Part shown: piece after piece, positions 58,102 through 64,000 of the stretch
Layout of the letters: every line of letters starts with the position of its first letter
How positions within the stretch are numbered: position 1 is the first letter of the stretch
From: Antedon mediterranea
Lineage: Eukaryota; Animalia; Echinodermata
Assembly: GCF_964355755.1 (NCBI RefSeq)
Contig: NC_092676.1
Span: 6,363,888 to 6,427,887, forward strand
DNA length: 64,000 nucleotides
Direction: 5' to 3'
Made by a program: the position numbers and the translations under genes
The notes under the pieces: model-generated
Databases searched by the model: none
The model's input: the letters and a program-made list of their open reading frames with translations, nothing else
What the model was told of the DNA's origin: nothing

Positions 58102-60417
58102 ATGGTAACTGTTCTTTCGCCACATTATGGTTATGTTGTTTTAACAGCATTGTATAGCTGGGTTATGGTTGCATTTCTTGGTGTTAAAGTTGGCCAGGCT
58201 CGAAAGAAATATGGAGTAAAAGTAAGTAAACTAGGCCTAGCCTAGGCCTGTATTTTATTGCATGCCTAGCCGAAGCCGGTTGTTTGTACGGCGAAGTGGT
58301 GCGAGCAGAAGCTGCTGTTAATTAAGAGTACTGGGCCTAGGCCTAACTATTACTAGCTAGGCTTTATGGAGGTTTTTTTTCTAACCTAGACTAGCTAGAC
58401 CATATGTAGTAGCTGTTAGCCTAGTGTATATAGCCTAGGTCTTGCTACCTACACTGGTGGTGGTGTGGTGTGTCTGTGTGTCTCTGATTTTTGTAGTTAC
58501 TCACTCACTCATAAGACTTTTCTCAATAAATTAATAATATTAAAAATAATTAGGCCTAGCCTAACCCGAGCAATATCTACTCTTTTTTAAACTAAAGCCT
58601 ACTCTAAAAATGTTGTATAACTAATAATAGGACTAAAATAGAGAGATCAAAACCAACAAGATGTGCATTTGTCATTCTTTTTTTTTCATCTTTTCTTTAG
58701 TATCCAGTAATGTACGATACGAAAGAACCGATTTTTAACTGCTACCAAAGAGCTCATCAGAACACGTAAGCTTTAACCATTTTTTTTCTTTGTGATGATG
58801 ACAGAGGAATTTTGTTTAAATGATGGGAATAAAATATATAATGTTTCAAAAGAATGGTATAATTTGATTCTTGCAAAACAATATAATAAATAAATTCTTT
58901 TCGCCAATTTATTCTGATCTTAAATAAAAGTTACGATCGGTTCTGTCAAGCAAAACATAATTGTTGTCTGTACCTGTTGTTATTTATGGATAATGATAAT
59001 TTATAATGATATCATACTAGTTCATCATTATCAGAGATGTAAACGACTGATTGATTGACCTTTAAACTCTGACCTTCTATTTTGCAGACTTGAACAAGTT
59101 CCACATTTTCTAGTGTTCCTTTTAATTGGTGGAATTCAACATCCGGTATGTATTAATGTTTGTTGATTATTCTTTCTTAAAGCTCTGTACACTATCAAAC
59201 TAGTTTGACAAAATGGTTTTTCCCCAAATATGATAGTGATGCCCAAATATGGTAGTAATATAACATAACATCATGTCCATATATACATAACATTTTTTTT
59301 GTCACATTAACTTTGATAGTGTAAACAGAGCTTAAAAGTTTGCTTGCATCAAAAAGCATTGTTAGTGTTAATGCCACGAGGCAAATCAATAACTATAAAA
59401 TGCTTTCAAATGTTGTCCCTAAGTTACTAAAAAAACATTTATTTTGCATCACTGTGTTTTTACAGATTTTTAGTGCAGTATGCGGTGTGATTTGGGTTTG
59501 TAGTCGGTTCTCTTACGCTTATGGCTACTACACTGGTGGTAAGTAAAGACTCTATTTTTAGGTTTACAATAATTGATACAGTAGGAACCAGAATGCCTTT
59601 TAGTCTAGATTCATATCATTTGTCAAAGGATTTTCCAAATACATACAAGTTGTACGAACTATCTGGGCACTAAACTGTGGCTTTTTAAAGCAGTTATTTT
59701 TGTGTACTGTGTTACTAGTACGAGGCAAATAAACATTCTTACACCGACCATGCAATTGCGGCATGAAATAATCTTCCAAACAATATAATTAAAACACAAT
59801 TTAAAAAACACCAAATATATACCATTTTAATTCTTCATCATTTGCATTATTTACTGGAAAATGTTTGTGTCTTTTTAAACATGTTTTAACTGTATAATCT
59901 GTGATCCACAAATCAGTACTCTCTACAGTGTTTATTGTGATTTTTAAAAAAAGACACGGTGAATTGGTTTCTTATAGAAAAATAAGGAACTATAGCCGTT
60001 ATTGAGCCTGATTTTTAGTCTACAAAAGAGAAACTTAAGATAGAAAATTAATTTGAATTACTGTTGGTTTCGTCATTTTACCCTTTTTATGAGTTGTTAC
60101 AAAATGTCAATATAAAAGTATGAACACAGTAGGCCTACAAATATCTTGGAAATTTTCCTTGTTAAAACTTGTAACAATTTTTTACATTTGGTCTACGTTT
60201 AAAATAGGTATGCTATTAGACAAGTATTTTATTTTATGTTATATTTTCAAACATCATAGTCTACATACTTAAAAAAAAAGATAATTTAGCCATCAATTTT
60301 TTTTTTCTATTTCAAGATCCAGAGAAACGGTTAAACGGTGTCTATGGTTACGTAGGTCTGTTTGGCTTGCTTGCCTCTACTATCTCTTTTTCTCTGCATT
60401 TACTTCAGTTTCTTTAA
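58102..60417 (+). CDS. MGST3: Microsomal glutathione S-transferase 3 (MAPEG family), 138 aa. Exons 58102-58221, 58701-58765, 59088-59145, 59466-59538, 60317-60417
   Basis: Spliced GT-AG product: MVTVLSPHYGYVVLT...VGQARKKYGVK/YPVMYDTKEPIFNCYQRAHQNT/LEQVPHFLVFLLIGGIQHP/IFSAVCGVIWVCSRFSYAYGYYTG/DPEKRLNG. Contains the FNC.QRAHQNTLE and GYYTGDP.KR motifs. Confidence 0.96.
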
Positions 60418-62034
60418 GTTTAAAGTATGCATGCCTCTCTTAAAGGACCACAAGTCTGTTGTTAACTTACAGCGTGGTCCATATTTAGAGGCATGCTAAA
60501 CTTCAACTTCTTATGTTACTGTAGTTCTGCAGACCCACGTTTTAATTGAAGAGTCTGTTAGGATATGAGATTTGTAAAATATAATTTATAAGCCAAGAAT
60601 CATTTTTTTAAATTTTGCAATTACGATTTACCAATTAGATTGTCTTTAATTGTAAGCAGATCTGTATTTAATTTAGAAATCGGGACCAAGAATATTTGTT
60701 TTTATGCAAAATTAGACAAAAAATAAAAAAAAATTATTATTACCGTTTACAGCTTTCAAATGTTAGTATGTATTAGGTTACTTTCTGTAGCATATGATTT
60801 ACATATTAATATTTATGATGTCGTAATTATTAATATTGTATTTTAATGTGAAATTGTAAATTTAATGAACGCCAGCTGCATCATGTATGTTTAGTGAATT
60901 AACGGGATTGCTGACAATTAACAATAATTTTGCAGGTTGTGTTTGAGATGGAACGAAAGTGAGCGAAGGGTGTGGTTGGGTTTATTGAGAATCTGAATGA
61001 TTTTATTTCAGGAATATAAAAAAAAACCTTTTAAATTATGTATATGTATGGTAATATGGTAGTTGAAGTAATCACCATCTGGGGCATTATACACATCAGT
61101 TTTTACATTCCCCACTCTTTATTATTCGAACCTTATGTTCTCCTGTAGCAGATAGACTACCCATACTACAGTATGAAAGTGCAAAAGATACTTGGACCAT
61201 GTGACGTAATTGTGCTAATGTATAAACACATAATATAAGGCACATACAGGCACGTAAATCTGTGAGATAAACTTCATAAAACACAATACCCTGAAAGGTT
61301 AATTTCAAATATGCCTTCATTTGGGCTGCCTTTGTGGAGGACAGCATCTCTTGCATTGCTTTGTTGTATGATCATGGACCTGGTTCATGGCATGATGCTG
61401 TATATAATGCATCCTTGCTTTTGTCTAAACCCGTATTGATTTACAAAGGAACAACACTGAAACACATCTATGTACACCTGTAAAAATATTGTTAATTGTG
61501 GCCATCCACAATATTGCAATAACTTAGATTTTGTACTGTTTGAGCTTAGCTAGAAAATAATATTAATTTTAATGACTGATTATTTCTGTCCATTCTCTTT
61601 ATTTCCAGTTCGTTCGCCATCCATCCCTTTACCTTTCTGCGTGTGCTTGCATTAAACATTCCAAGTCGAAATTATTATTAATTCAAATATTGATATTATA
61701 AATTAAATATTGTATAAAGAATTTCTAAGATTAAGCACATTTTATTTGATTATTTCATCTGACTGTTTTTTAATGGTAAATATTTAATGTCAACATTTGC
61801 AAAACGATAATTTACCTCTTAAAAACCTTATAAACTTCCATAAATGTTTGTATTGAATGAGTGTTGGTTATTTAGTTAAGAAGAAAAACTAAACATAATT
61901 TTAGAATTAAGACTACTGAACAAACCGCCGAAATGTATTAATTAATAGCAAATAATAGCCTGGCAGTCGGTGACCAGTTCAAGAGAACGTTCTAGTAAGT
62001 ACCAGTAACCAAATGACATGTTGTAAATTGGTTT

Positions 62035-62590
62035 TTAACTGGTACCAGTTATATGGTAAACTAATTAGCGTACTAGTGAATTTGCTTGTAAACCAGTTAT
62101 CATAATGGCAAACTAGTTATCATACTTGTTAACCATTTATCGCAATGGTAGACCAGTTATTGTGCTGGTAGACCAGTTATTGTACTCGTAACCTAGTTAT
62201 TGTACTGGCAAACCAGTTATACTGGCAGACCAGTTATTGTATTGTTAAACTAATTATTGTACTGGTAAACCGGCTATCCTACTGGTAAACCAGTTATTGC
62301 ACTGGTAGACCAGTTATCGTACTACTGGTAGATCAGTTATTGTACTGGTAGACCAGTTATCGTACTACTGGTAGATCAGTTATTGTACTGGTAAACTAGT
62401 TATTGTACTGGTAAACCAGTTATCGTACTCTTATACTAGTTATTGTACTGGTAAATCAGTTATCGTACTAGTAAACCTGTTATCGTACTGGTAAACCAGT
62501 TGGTCGTACTGATAGACCAGTTATCGTACTGGTAGACTAGTTATCGTACTGGTAAGCCAGTTAGCGTACTGGTAAGCCAGTTAGCGTACT
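62035..62590. repeat. ~20-bp minisatellite (TACTGGTAGACCAGTTATTG)n
   Basis: About 25 diverged tandem units, each with an internal ACTGGT/ACCAGT hairpin. Confidence 0.92.
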
Positions 62591-62621
62591 ATTAACAAAA
62601 ATAGTTAGTTAATTTAAACTT

Positions 62622-62780
62622 GAAACTGTTCGTCTTACTATAGCATGCGAAACTGTTCGTCTTGCTATAGCATGCGAAACTGTTCGTCTTGCTATAGCAT
62701 GCGAAACTGTTCGTCTTGCTATAGCATGCGAATCTGTTCGTCTTACTATAGCATGCGAAACTGTTCGTCTTGCTATAGCA
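62622..62780. repeat. 27-bp minisatellite, ~6 copies
   Basis: GAAACTGTTCGTCTTGCTATAGCATGC in tandem. Confidence 0.95.
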
Positions 62781-64000
62781 CAGTATTTTCATAGTAAAGC
62801 ATTTCTATTGGAAGAAAATAATTGACTATAATTGTATTGTATGATGATGATGATGTATGCATTCCATGGACATCCATTTAAAAATAATTATGGATTGTAA
62901 ATTATGTGAATTTTAATATTGTTTATTATAATTGTGTAGATTTTAGAATAGAATTAAAGTAAAAACGAATTTATTTACAATTTTCAGTTTTTATTTAATT
63001 TATATAAAAGTACATGAGAAGTGTAATATCGTGAGTCAATGATACAATTTGTGTGCTTAAAAGTTAAATTTAAAATTGGGAGAACGATCTAAAACTATCT
63101 ACCGCCATCTATTTTAAAATACATCTTTAAACTTTCTATTTAAAGTTGTAATTAGACAATTGTAGTGTGAACACAGTCTTATTGACATTACAACAAAAAA
63201 CAGCTTTTACCTGTACGATTTCTGTAGCCCTGTTCTGTCTCAAAAGATGTATGCTACATGTTCTCACGCCCGAATGCAAATTTAAATTGTACATTGCAAA
63301 AACATTGTATTGTATTTAGTAATAGTATATGTCTTTTTTTTGCATTTAATTACACGGATTGAAAGCACACTTTGGTCAAACACGGCGCCCCTATACCAGC
63401 AAAACATCAAAATAGGCCTATCGGTAAGATATCGTAGTCATGAAAAATGAAACTAATTAAGAGGGTTCAAAACTTGTGGTCAAGGCTAATAATTATGATA
63501 TAGCAATGCAGATCCTTAGGGCACAGTAAGTCTCCCATTTCTGGTTAGATTTCAAATCTGGCCTTGCATGGTTTAAAGTTTGATGAAATGTTTCAGTCAA
63601 TTAAACCATTTTGCACGGTATATAAATCGTGCGTTCTAGATGTATATTAGTCATGATGTAATCTAGAACGGAAACATTTGTGATTTTTATGTAGGTATGG
63701 GATGCATGGAATATGCATAATAACTCATGTAAATGCAATACTGAAAAAAACAGGTCCACTATTCATAATTATTGAATAAGAGAGTCGGAATAGCGTCTCG
63801 ACAATTCGTCGAAGACTATATCCGTTATTCAAAATTTAAATAATGTACACGTTTTTAAACTATATACTAATAGTAACTTATTATCGAAGTCATGATATTA
63901 TATAAGTAATTTTCCGCGCTGATGGTACAGGAATGGACTTATCGCCCAGTCCATGAAAAAAACAATATCTAATCGTGGATCATTTGGTAAAATCTTAGGC

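Noticed and set aside
61060-61480. Relatively GC-richer segment with an 86-aa minus ORF and candidate acceptors
   Set aside because: No recognisable protein in any frame and no consistent exon chain.

Overview
AT-rich, intron-containing eukaryotic DNA, probably from a marine invertebrate (inferred from gene and repeat content; echinoderm-like). No prokaryotic features or CRISPR arrays. Contents: (1) Two tandem minus-strand paralogs of a multi-exon gene. Copy B (42622->22329, 19 exons reconstructed by hand, about 1104 codons) has signal peptide, LRR-NT, about 16 LRRs on symmetric phase-2 mini-exons, a Cys-rich repeat region and an 8-9-TM domain resembling the fungal Flc/Pkd2 'TRP-like' type rather than a GPCR. 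It carries one in-frame TAA in a skippable exon. Copy A (14531->701) runs off the window start and has two extra LRR exons. (2) Two plus-strand Ig-superfamily receptor paralogs with intronless CDS. One has an ITAM/ITIM-like tail; the other has a long Thr-rich VNTR stalk and a Tyr-free tail, and is split by a young non-autonomous Gmr1-type Gypsy element (apparently identical 488-bp LTRs, TTTTC TSD, duplicated tRNA-Leu PBS). (3) An intact 5-exon MGST3 gene and a decayed MGST3 duplicate. (4) Dense, often nested mobile DNA: Helitrons including a head-to-tail pair, a HINE/DINE-1 element, foldbacks, MITEs, LINE and Penelope fragments, tRNA-derived repeats and satellites. The best candidate for a new system is a duplicating cluster of cell-surface recognition receptors. 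All coordinates were read by hand; no searches were run.
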